A DNA stretch of 64,000 bases from an uncultured Rhodospirillales bacterium (GTDB lineage Bacteria; Pseudomonadota; Alphaproteobacteria; UBA9219; RGZA01). Location of the stretch: positions 9,237-73,236 of the forward strand of contig CAZMQI010000002.1 of the NCBI GenBank assembly GCA_964568585.1, written 5' to 3'. A model generated the notes under the pieces. The model worked only from the letters and a program-made list of their open reading frames with translations. It was not told the DNA's origin and made no database searches. A program made the translations under genes and the position numbers. Below, in pieces: positions 21,117 to 29,167 of the stretch; within the stretch, counting starts at the first letter, position 1, and each line of letters starts with the position of its first letter.

Positions 21117-21509
21117 TTAAACCGGATTAACCGCCGGATGACCGCGCAACACCACTGCATTCGCAGCAGCACCTGTCGTGGCACCTGCAACCGTCATCAC
21201 CGCGCGAATGTAACGATAGCCGCCCGTGTAACCGATTTTCTGAATGGTGTTGGAACCTGCACCACTTGAAACCGCAACGAATGCACCGTTAAGCGAATTC
21301 GTGTCACAGGTCACATAGGTGGAGTTGTCCTGGGAATGCTGCAACGATGGTGTATGCGACCCATCGGTCCATGTTCCGAAATTGAATATCACCATTGCCG
21401 AGTTATGCCCCTGCAAATCAACACCCGTGCCCATTGCCGTTGCATTACGCACCGCAGGCGCAATGCTTTGTACAACGCTGATTCTATTTTCGAGATCTTT
21501 TAAAGCCAT
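21117..21509 (-). CDS. Hypothetical 130-aa protein inserted between capsid and connector genes (possible capsid accessory/decoration protein)
   Basis: The ORF fills the gap after the capsid gene. It is rich in Gly/Thr/Ala/Ser and probably beta-rich, and it contains IGYTGGYRYIRAV. By my recollection, canonical RcGTA order has no gene at this position. Confidence 0.55.
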   Translation of the reverse strand: MALKDLENRISVVQSIAPAVRNATAMGTGVDLQGHNSAMVIFNFGTWTDGSHTPSLQHSQDNSTYVTCDTNSLNGAFVAVSSGAGSNTIQKIGYTGGYRYIRAVMTVAGATTGAAANAVVLRGHPAVNPV

Positions 21510-21536
21510 TTGATTGTCTCCTATTAATATAAATAA

Positions 21537-22766
21537 TTACGAAACTGAGAAGCGCAAGAATTTCAGCGCATCAAAGTTGGTAACGTCACCGCCCACACGT
21601 TTGGTGCAGCGGAACTTCACGAATGGCGCCGCCGTGAACGGATCACGCAAGATACGCATGCCGATACGGTCAACGATGGTGTAGGCTTCGGCAAAATTAC
21701 CAAAGGCTAGTGACAGGCTGTTGGTAGCAACGGACGGCATATCTTCACCAAGATAAACCGGGAAGCCGAGCAAGGTCGCTGGCGTGCCGATTTGCAAGCT
21801 TGGTTGCCACAAATAGCTATCATTGGTCGTGCCCTTCATCTTGCGGATAAGTTCGGACACCGCGCGCGGCATCAACCATGCAGCATTCGGCAAATAGCCA
21901 GACTTTAAACGATGCATCAGGCTGATAATCGCATCCGCGGGAGCAGAAGATGCGAATGCACCTGCTGCGCCGGATGGGAAATATTCAAATGTGCCCCATG
22001 GGCGTGACGTATCGGCAGTTGCTGCTACAGCATAGCTGGCGAAACCGCGCGGTTGTGCCACACCATCACCTACAACAAAAGCTGCATTCTCGCGGCGCGC
22101 AAAACGAGCAGCGATTTTGTTTACAATCCATTCTTCGACATTCAAATTCGCATCATCAAGAAGTTTTTGTGTTGCTTTTGGCTGTGCGTGCAGTTCATGG
22201 ACAGAAATACGAATGCGGCCAAATTGTCCAGGTTCGCTATCGGTACGTGTATCCAATTCGCTCATCCATAAGGCTTCGCTATCATCGGTATCGCGAAGCA
22301 TTTCAACTGCATCGGATGATACGGTCATCACGGTTGCCAATTGACGCATCGGGGTTGTATCGAATTGGCGGGTGATGATGCGTTCCGACATTTCGGATGG
22401 CACTAGATAACCACCGTCTGGGTCTGAAATCACGCTCATCGCTTTTGCTTCGATGCCGGATAAATCCTGCTCCGCACCCTTCGTCACATAACGCAGGAAT
22501 GCACGTTTATGTTCGGATGGTACTTCCGCAAATTCCTTACCCATATTTGGACGCTTCAATACTGTTTTGAAAGACGCAACAGCATCTTGCAGTTTGGTTA
22601 CATCGCTGTTGATGCGGTTTACTTTTTCTTCCAATACCACATCGCCGCGTTTGCGTTCGAGGGATGATAGGCGTTCGTCATTTGCGTCTTTAAAGGCTTC
22701 AAAGGCGTGGGCAAGTTCGCCCGTCGCCGCCTTGATTTCCATCAAGTCAGTCATGCGTTTCTCCAT
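21537..22766 (-). CDS. HK97-family major capsid protein (GTA g5-like)
   Basis: 409 aa. A coiled-coil delta-like N-terminus (ELAHAFEAFKDANDERLSSLE...) precedes the HK97-fold body (...LWQPSLQIGTPATLLGFPVYLGEDMP...). It follows the prohead protease. Confidence 0.92.
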   Translation of the reverse strand: MEKRMTDLMEIKAATGELAHAFEAFKDANDERLSSLERKRGDVVLEEKVNRINSDVTKLQDAVASFKTVLKRPNMGKEFAEVPSEHKRAFLRYVTKGAEQDLSGIEAKAMSVISDPDGGYLVPSEMSERIITRQFDTTPMRQLATVMTVSSDAVEMLRDTDDSEALWMSELDTRTDSEPGQFGRIRISVHELHAQPKATQKLLDDANLNVEEWIVNKIAARFARRENAAFVVGDGVAQPRGFASYAVAATADTSRPWGTFEYFPSGAAGAFASSAPADAIISLMHRLKSGYLPNAAWLMPRAVSELIRKMKGTTNDSYLWQPSLQIGTPATLLGFPVYLGEDMPSVATNSLSLAFGNFAEAYTIVDRIGMRILRDPFTAAPFVKFRCTKRVGGDVTNFDALKFLRFSVS

Positions 22767-22775
22767 ACGTTATGT

Positions 22776-23327
22776 TTATGTGTTTAGATAGCTGGCCGTG
22801 TTTCGTAAGCGCATAACGATGGCCTGAAACTCGTTATGGTTTAATTCGTTGTAGGTTGCCTCTTTTACCGTGTGCACGCGCGCCAGCCCATTGGCCGGGA
22901 ATGTGACGAGGGACACTTCATAAAGTTCAACCTCGGTCAGCGTGCGGATCTTCGTTTTGCTGTCTTTAATACTTTTGACAGCTGCATAGCCGATGGATAG
23001 GCCGGTGATTGCGCCGATTTTTAATAGCTCATACGCTTCCGCACCGTGTTGCGTTTTAATCGCCAACTTTCCTTCAACGCGAAGGCCGCGAGCATCCTCA
23101 CTCACATTTGTCCATACACCAATTGGTTCAGCTGTATCATGCATCCACAGCATGGCAGGGTTGGCTTTGCTTTGTTTATACTTGGCAAGACTGCGTTCAA
23201 ACGCGCCCTTTGCCACTACGTCGCTTTGCGCGTCAACTTCACCAAAGACGGATGCATAACCGGCAATCGAACCTTGCGTGCCGATTTCTTTAATATCAAA
23301 TGACGTGGTCATATATTTTGTTTGCAT
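22776..23327 (-). CDS. HK97-family prohead protease (GTA g4-like)
   Basis: ORF trimmed to the ATG at 23325-23327 (AAGGAAG RBS), 10 nt after the portal stop. GYASVFGEVDAQSDVVAKGAF...MLWMHD...GLSIGY...EVSLVTFPAN. Confidence 0.9.
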   Translation of the reverse strand: MQTKYMTTSFDIKEIGTQGSIAGYASVFGEVDAQSDVVAKGAFERSLAKYKQSKANPAMLWMHDTAEPIGVWTNVSEDARGLRVEGKLAIKTQHGAEAYELLKIGAITGLSIGYAAVKSIKDSKTKIRTLTEVELYEVSLVTFPANGLARVHTVKEATYNELNHNEFQAIVMRLRNTASYLNT

Positions 23328-23337
23328 AGTTCTTCCT

Positions 23338-24534
23338 TTATTCAGGCGGATAACCAACAGCTTGTCGCTTTTCATTGCGCGAAATAAAATCAGCCTTACC
23401 GATTTTATCCCATACCATGTCGCGCCGTGCGGCGAGTGCCGGAATTTCATCGGCATCAATATCAAGGCGCAAATTGTCATCGAACATTGGCGTCAGCCAA
23501 CGATTAAGTTCGCCTTTGAATTGCTGCACTAATGGCAACACAGTTTCTTCGTAGAGCGAAAGGCGTGCTTCGGCCATATTGGTATAGGTTTGCGATTCAG
23601 AGATGCTGATGAGCTGATCGGGCACGCCAAATGCCAGCGCGATATCTTGCGCGGCACGTTTACGTCCAGCAAGCCAATCCATATCCTTTGGCGTCAGCCC
23701 CATCTCCTTCCAGTCAAGCCCGCCTTCCAGAATTAACGGACGGCCAGCGTTGCGCGGGGTAAGATAATGTTCTTCCAATTCTTCTTTCAGGCGGCGGAAT
23801 TGCTCATCGCTCAATTGCGATGGGCCATCCTTGGGTGAATAAATAAGCGCGCCTGATGGCCGTGCAGCTTGATTCAGCAATGCCTGGTTCCATGCACTGG
23901 CGGCATTGTGTTGATCGATTGCAGTCATCGCCGCTTCCAGTGGCGCCATACCATACCAATCATCTAACGGATGAAACGCTTTCCAATGCAAAATGTTACT
24001 TGCGCCCGTGAATGGGTCAGCAGCCCAACGCACTGTGCGTCCGCCCACCTGATATTCATAGCCAAGCGGCAACCCGCTTTCGCCGGGTATCACGCGCATG
24101 CGGTCGGGACGAAGCACATATAATTCAACCGGTGCTGCGCCTTCATTCGGACGTATCGCTTCGATGTAGACATTGCCGGAAATCTGATAATAACTAAACA
24201 CGCTTTCCAGAAATTGCGCGGTGCCTTGTAACGGGTTGGGGTGTTTTAATAATTCTTTTAATGGATGATCTTCCAGCTCCTGATGTTCTTGATTATATAA
24301 CAGCCATGGAATGCTGGCGGATGCTCTGGCAACTTCCGAAATGCAACGCCATGCAATCACATTCTTACGATAGCCTTCTTCTGCCAACGCATCATAACGG
24401 CGCGGAGTCCAACGCGGTTTTCCCACGTGAGAATACGCGACCACAGGCCCGGAAGCCGACGTTTTATGTGAAATTGCTTCACGCATTTTTTCTTGCATTT
24501 TTGGTTTGCGCGTTAGAAATGCTGGCCAATCCAT
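23338..24534 (-). CDS. HK97-family portal protein (GTA g3-like)
   Basis: 398 aa. VFSYYQISGNVYIEAIR..., YGMAPLEAA and SESQTYTNMAEARLSLYEETVLP. It lies between the terminase and protease genes. Confidence 0.92.
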   Translation of the reverse strand: MDWPAFLTRKPKMQEKMREAISHKTSASGPVVAYSHVGKPRWTPRRYDALAEEGYRKNVIAWRCISEVARASASIPWLLYNQEHQELEDHPLKELLKHPNPLQGTAQFLESVFSYYQISGNVYIEAIRPNEGAAPVELYVLRPDRMRVIPGESGLPLGYEYQVGGRTVRWAADPFTGASNILHWKAFHPLDDWYGMAPLEAAMTAIDQHNAASAWNQALLNQAARPSGALIYSPKDGPSQLSDEQFRRLKEELEEHYLTPRNAGRPLILEGGLDWKEMGLTPKDMDWLAGRKRAAQDIALAFGVPDQLISISESQTYTNMAEARLSLYEETVLPLVQQFKGELNRWLTPMFDDNLRLDIDADEIPALAARRDMVWDKIGKADFISRNEKRQAVGYPPE

Positions 24535-24550
24535 ATTCGCTTCCTTTTTT

Positions 24551-25846
24551 TTAAAAATTCAAGTTTCTTACACGGGGCATGTGGTACGTTCCCTGCATCA
24601 ATTCAGTCATCGCCCAAACAAGCGCATCCACGCGGTCGGGTGAACCATCCTTCACGCCGTGGCTTGTGAATTGGCACATCTGGTCTTCCAATGCTTTATG
24701 CATACCCACATGATGCACAATGCCGCGTTCATATAATGCAGCCACCGGAAACGCACGCACCGCTTTGGCCTTGGTTGCCCGTACCGCTTTGAACACAACA
24801 TAGGGATCAGCAAGACGCAGCATACGCTCAATCAAATCGCCGCCTTCATTCACTTCGCCGATAATCAAATCTGCGCCCAATTCATCTCGCAGATTTATGG
24901 CGCGCCTTGCCCAAGCATCAGGCGTCATCTGCCCTGATGCATCGGCAAGTACGTAAAACTGTCCGTCATTACTTCGTGCGGCCGCCACCACACCTGTTTC
25001 ATCACTTTTGGCATGACTGGTAACCGCGGGATCGATTGCAATCACAATCCGCTCCAGATTATCAGGAATGTCTGCAACTCTTACTACATCCAATGCACTA
25101 TGTGACCACAGCGCGCCCTCCATATCTTCGACGATTTCGGCATCTAACTCCTGTCGTCCTAGCCGTGTACCGCCATACCGTTCACGTAAATCTGCCAAGA
25201 CTTGCGGCGCAATATTTCCTGCGTTCTCTTCACTGCGGCCTCTGGTTAAAAACAAATCCTTATGTGCGCGTTTTACTAAATCCTTGATGATGGCAATCGG
25301 CTTTGGCGTCGTGGTAATCACCAGTTGCGGATGCTTCCCTAAACGTAATCCCATCATCAATTGGTCAAATGCCGCTGGACTGCTCCATGCCGCCAATTCA
25401 TCAGCCCAAGCCCTGTGAAATTGTGGGCCACGCAGCCGTTCCGGCTCATCGGCAGAAAATAATTTAAATCTGCTGCCGTTCTTTAATATCAATTCCGAAA
25501 GAGAGCGGTTCCATCGCTCGATGCATTCCTGTGGTAACACACTTAACAATCCGCTAGGTCCTTCGACACAGGTATCCCGCGCATCTGCATGGGTTGGCGC
25601 AATCACCGCAATGCGTGCGTCGTCATTCCATAATCCGTAATAGGCGACATCCTCCGCTCCGGTCAGTGTTTTTCCCCAACCTCTGCCTGCCAGCACCATC
25701 CAGATGCGCCAGTTACCTCTGGGGGTTATCTGTTCCGGACGCGCCTTCAATAACCACTGTGCCCTGGCCATCCAGCTCTTGCGTTTTGCTTCCGGCCAAT
25801 GCATCCAGAACTTTTTTAGCAAGAGCGATGGCAGCATCAAGTTCAT
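24551..25846 (-). CDS. Terminase large subunit (GTA g2-like)
   Basis: [26 protein letters not shown] (Walker A), Walker B-like RIAVIAPT...AWADELAAW and a C-terminal nuclease domain ([10 protein letters not shown]...). The exact start is uncertain because the N-terminus overlaps the TerS-like ORF. Confidence 0.92.
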   Translation of the reverse strand: MNLMLPSLLLKKFWMHWPEAKRKSWMARAQWLLKARPEQITPRGNWRIWMVLAGRGWGKTLTGAEDVAYYGLWNDDARIAVIAPTHADARDTCVEGPSGLLSVLPQECIERWNRSLSELILKNGSRFKLFSADEPERLRGPQFHRAWADELAAWSSPAAFDQLMMGLRLGKHPQLVITTTPKPIAIIKDLVKRAHKDLFLTRGRSEENAGNIAPQVLADLRERYGGTRLGRQELDAEIVEDMEGALWSHSALDVVRVADIPDNLERIVIAIDPAVTSHAKSDETGVVAAARSNDGQFYVLADASGQMTPDAWARRAINLRDELGADLIIGEVNEGGDLIERMLRLADPYVVFKAVRATKAKAVRAFPVAALYERGIVHHVGMHKALEDQMCQFTSHGVKDGSPDRVDALVWAMTELMQGTYHMPRVRNLNF

Positions 25847-26072
25847 CTTCCGTTGGAGGAGAGACTTCAGGGGTATGTGTGCTCAACGGTTTGGCACTTC
25901 GATCGAGCAGCACTTTGGCGGCAGCCATCTGCAATTTGGGATCATCATTATCTTTCATGATAGCAATGATGGTCATAAGCGCCTCTTGGCTGAAGTCGCC
26001 CTTAGGTTCTTTGTCATGCATATTTGCTTGGTTTTTCAGGATTCTGTCGGCGGACGCATCACGCCGTGTCAT
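25713..26072 (-). CDS. Possible small terminase-like protein (GTA g1 position)
   Basis: ORF 25713-26177 trimmed to the ATG at 26070-26072 (start uncertain, no clear RBS). [20 protein letters not shown] resembles the helix...LLDRG.GKP element of phage small terminases. The 3' end overlaps the TerL ORF by up to 134 nt. Confidence 0.45.
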   Translation of the reverse strand: MTRRDASADRILKNQANMHDKEPKGDFSQEALMTIIAIMKDNDDPKLQMAAAKVLLDRSAKPLSTHTPEVSPPTEDELDAAIALAKKVLDALAGSKTQELDGQGTVVIEGASGTDNPQR

Positions 26073-26211
26073 AGTCAATACCGCAAAAGGGGGTATAAGC
26101 GCAAATCTATTCCCTTTTTCAAATAATTTTTGTAAAAATGTCGCAATTCCCATATGTTTAATGCGACACTTTAGCACATGTCATGCCCATTACTTTTTGT
26201 TACCATTCCCT

Positions 26212-27447
26212 ATGACCGCGCCCTTCATTCCACCTTATGAAAAACATTTCCTGAATTCCCTTGCGGGGATTAAGGCTGAAGGACGTTACCGAATTTTCAC
26301 GCCCATCGCACGTCAGCGCGGCGCATTCCCGAATGCTGAACTCCGCTTACCCGATGGCCGCAAAAAAACCGTCACAGTGTGGTGCGGTAATGATTATCTC
26401 GGCATGGGCCAGAATGAATCTGTTTTAAAAGCGATGCATGACGCGGTGGATGGTTTTGGTTCGGGCAGCGGCGGCACGCGCAACATTTCCGGTAACATGC
26501 CCATCCACGCAGAACTGGAAGCAGAGCTTGCCGATTTGCATCAACAGCAAGCGGCACTGGTTTTCAATTCCGGCTATATGGCCAATGCGACCACACTCGC
26601 AACGCTGGCAAAAATTCTTCCTAACGCCATTTTCTTTTCCGATGCGAAGAACCATGCATCGATGATTGAAGGCATTCGCCACACACGCTGCGAAAAACAT
26701 ATCTTCGAACATAACAATCCCGAACATTTACGCAGCTTATTGGCTGCTGCACCTGCGGAATGCTGCAAAATCGTGGTATTTGAATCGGTCTATTCCATGG
26801 ATGCAACCTTTGCCCCATTAAAGGCCATCTTGGATGTCGCGGAGGAATTCGGCGCATTTACTTATCTTGATGAAGTGCATGCAGTCGGTCTTTATGGCGA
26901 ACGCGGCGGCGGCGTTGCCGAACGTGATGATGTGCTCAACCGCATCAGCCTTATTCAGGGAACCTTGGGCAAAGCCTTTGGTCTCATCGGCGGATACATC
27001 GCTGGCAACCGCACCATCATTGATGCTATTCGTTCCAGTGCGCCAGGTTTCATTTTCACGACATCCATCCCGCCAGTGATTGCTGCTGGTGCGCTTGCAT
27101 CAGTTCGTTATGTAAAAACCCACCCGAATTTACGCGCCGAACACCAACAGGTGGTTGCTGCAACCAAGGAAGCATTGCTTGCCGCAAACCTTCCACTGCT
27201 TGAGGAACCAAGCCATATTCTGCCAATCCACATCGGTGATGCACGTAAAGCCAAAGCACTGAGTGATATTCTGCTGAATGATTATGGCATTTATGTTCAG
27301 CCGATTAATTACCCTACTGTGCCACGTGGCAATGAACGTTTCCGCGTTACACCTACTCCCCTCCACACCTCCGTGCATATTGCCGAACTGGTTTCTGCAC
27401 TATCGGAAGTGTTACACGGTAAAATGGAACTAAGCGCAGCGGAATAG
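26212..27447 (+). CDS. hemA: 5-aminolevulinate synthase
   Basis: ORF 25594-27447 trimmed to the in-frame ATG at 26212 ([13 protein letters not shown]...). [11 protein letters not shown], the PLP lysine context GTLGKAFG and [19 protein letters not shown]. 411 aa. Confidence 0.93.
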   Translation: MTAPFIPPYEKHFLNSLAGIKAEGRYRIFTPIARQRGAFPNAELRLPDGRKKTVTVWCGNDYLGMGQNESVLKAMHDAVDGFGSGSGGTRNISGNMPIHAELEAELADLHQQQAALVFNSGYMANATTLATLAKILPNAIFFSDAKNHASMIEGIRHTRCEKHIFEHNNPEHLRSLLAAAPAECCKIVVFESVYSMDATFAPLKAILDVAEEFGAFTYLDEVHAVGLYGERGGGVAERDDVLNRISLIQGTLGKAFGLIGGYIAGNRTIIDAIRSSAPGFIFTTSIPPVIAAGALASVRYVKTHPNLRAEHQQVVAATKEALLAANLPLLEEPSHILPIHIGDARKAKALSDILLNDYGIYVQPINYPTVPRGNERFRVTPTPLHTSVHIAELVSALSEVLHGKMELSAAE

Positions 27448-27459
27448 TCATCTACACGT

Positions 27460-27966
27460 TTATCTTTTCAGGCCGTAAAACCGCGCCAATTGAACCAAGC
27501 CATCCTTCAAACCATTTAATTGCATCATGCGTGGCGCATGCCCCAGACATGCCACGTGAATAACGACATCGCGCTGGGCAACAGCAATGAGCCGCAAGGC
27601 ATTGCGCCAGCGTTGATAAGCTGCTTCCTGCAATTCACTGCGTAACACCCGCGCTTCCGCATCACCTTTCGAGCTGCGCGTACTGGTATACGATGCCGTG
27701 ACGCGCGCTTCAATCCCCGCGACATGATAATCATGATGCAGTTTTAGCCCTGCATCACGCGCTGGCTCGTCAATCACCTTCATCAGCAAGAGATGATCAA
27801 GCACATGCGGTTCCGATACACGAACTGCGAAGACACCTGCCGTATCGGTATATTCCAGCGTGCGGCCTGAATGCTGCCAGCGCTCTGCTGTTCCATAATC
27901 CGACGATGTGCGTTGCTTAAAGCGTTTGTCACGTGAAACGGGGGGTCGGCGGATTTTCTTGCCCAT
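27460..27966 (-). CDS. Hypothetical basic 168-aa protein, possible DNA-binding/regulatory protein
   Basis: N-terminus MGKKIRRPPVSRDKRFKQR. The C-terminal part AAYQRWRNALRLIAVAQRDVVIHVACLGHAPRMMQLNGLKDGLVQLARFYG has a helix-turn-helix / sigma region-4-like pattern by eye. Confidence 0.55.
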   Translation of the reverse strand: MGKKIRRPPVSRDKRFKQRTSSDYGTAERWQHSGRTLEYTDTAGVFAVRVSEPHVLDHLLLMKVIDEPARDAGLKLHHDYHVAGIEARVTASYTSTRSSKGDAEARVLRSELQEAAYQRWRNALRLIAVAQRDVVIHVACLGHAPRMMQLNGLKDGLVQLARFYGLKR

Positions 27967-28063
27967 GCGTCATCCTCAAAAAAAGATTGGATGTGCAGTG
28001 TGTGGCTTTTTTCAAAAACAGGAAGACAGGAGCGTTGTTAAAACTAATTTTAGTTTTAAAAAA

Positions 28064-29167
28064 TTAAGTCACCGATGCCCACAGTACATCATCGATATGC
28101 TGTGCGCCCGTTGCCAGCATCACTAAGCGGTCAACACCAAGCGCGATGCCGGCAGCAGCAGGCATACCATGCTCCAATGCCGCCAAGAACTCCTTATCAA
28201 TCGGATAATCAGATCCATAACGCGCTTTACGCAACGCCATATCCGCTTCGAAGCGGCTGCGTTGAATGCTCGCATCGGTCAGTTCCACAAATGCATTTGC
28301 AAGTTCAAGCCCACATACATACAGCTCGAAACGTTCTGCAACGCACGGGTTGCTGGGTTTTGCACGTGCAAGCGCGGCTAATGGCAAAGGATAATCAGTC
28401 AAAAAACATGGCGCATCCTTGCCCAAATGCGGCTCGATTTTTTCGCCGATAATCCGCAGTACCACATCATCCCACGTATCGTCCGCAGCGGTACGTACAC
28501 CAATACGTTTGGCTTCGGCCATGATGGCGCTTGCGGTTGGATGCTGCACATCGTCCATGCTTGCCAATACATCCACATCCGCATATTTAAAAAAGGCTTC
28601 GGCGACCGTAATACGCGTTGGCGTTTTAATGGTGTCACAGCTCATGCCGTTATAATCACAATGCGTGCGGTGCGTAACTGCACATGCCAATTTTAAAATC
28701 GCTTCGCAATCATCCATTAATTCGTGATAACCGGCGCCGGTTCGATACCATTCAAGCATCATGAATTCAGGGTGATGCCTGCTGGAACTTTCCGCATTCC
28801 GGTACATATGGGAGAGTTGATATATGCGTTCCATCCCCGCCACCAGCAGTTTTTTGCAGGTGAATTCAGGACTGGTGGCCAGATAAAACGGGTGGGTATC
28901 GCCATGCGGTGTCTGCAATTCGGTTTTGAACGCATGCAAATGCGGTTCCATGCATGGGCTACGTTGTAAGGCTGGCGTATCGACCTCAACGAAGTCTTCC
29001 TTGGCAAAATAATCGCGCAGACTTCCTAAAATCTTCGCACGCGCTTCTAACGTTGCACGCTTTTTTGCAAACAGTGAAGGCTGCCACCAATCGCTATCGC
29101 TGGCTTGGCTATTCTGCGGCGGCTTCCGCATACGCGCTATTCTGGTTAGAGGCTTCGCCTTGTTCAC
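28064..29167 (-). CDS. epmA: EF-P lysyl ligase-like protein (truncated class II LysRS paralogue, EpmA/GenX family)
   Basis: Class II aaRS core without an anticodon-binding domain: FVEVDTPAL, FYLATSPEF, EFMMLEWY and GIALGVDRLVMLATG. Either candidate start (29167 or 29131) lies inside the smc 3' end. Confidence 0.8.
   Translation of the reverse strand: MNKAKPLTRIARMRKPPQNSQASDSDWWQPSLFAKKRATLEARAKILGSLRDYFAKEDFVEVDTPALQRSPCMEPHLHAFKTELQTPHGDTHPFYLATSPEFTCKKLLVAGMERIYQLSHMYRNAESSSRHHPEFMMLEWYRTGAGYHELMDDCEAILKLACAVTHRTHCDYNGMSCDTIKTPTRITVAEAFFKYADVDVLASMDDVQHPTASAIMAEAKRIGVRTAADDTWDDVVLRIIGEKIEPHLGKDAPCFLTDYPLPLAALARAKPSNPCVAERFELYVCGLELANAFVELTDASIQRSRFEADMALRKARYGSDYPIDKEFLAALEHGMPAAAGIALGVDRLVMLATGAQHIDDVLWASVT

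Noticed and set aside
10027-26072. Interpreting the structural cluster as an intact or cryptic prophage integrated at the nearby tRNA-Leu.
   Set aside because: The tRNA (7549-7635) is separated from the cluster by three housekeeping genes (cytochrome c, kdsB, pheA). No integrase, excisionase, repressor, replication genes or flanking direct repeats are visible. The gene content and order match RcGTA-type clusters.
26150-26175. A CtrA box upstream of the first GTA gene (TTAATGCGACACTTTAG).
   Set aside because: Only one TTAA half-site is present, and the second half (CTTT) does not match TTAAC. It is not distinguishable from chance in an AT-rich spacer.
25594-26211. A 206-aa N-terminal extension of the hemA ORF (the track lists 25594-27447, 617 aa).
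   Set aside because: The extension is Ser/Ala/Leu-rich with no ALAS similarity. It runs antisense through the terminase and TerS-like genes. ALAS homology begins exactly at the in-frame ATG at 26212, giving a normal 411-aa enzyme.
27967-28063. The AT-only palindrome AAAACTAA-TT-TTAGTTTT after epmA, as a terminator.
   Set aside because: The stem has no G-C pairs and the T-run is interrupted, so predicted stability is too low.
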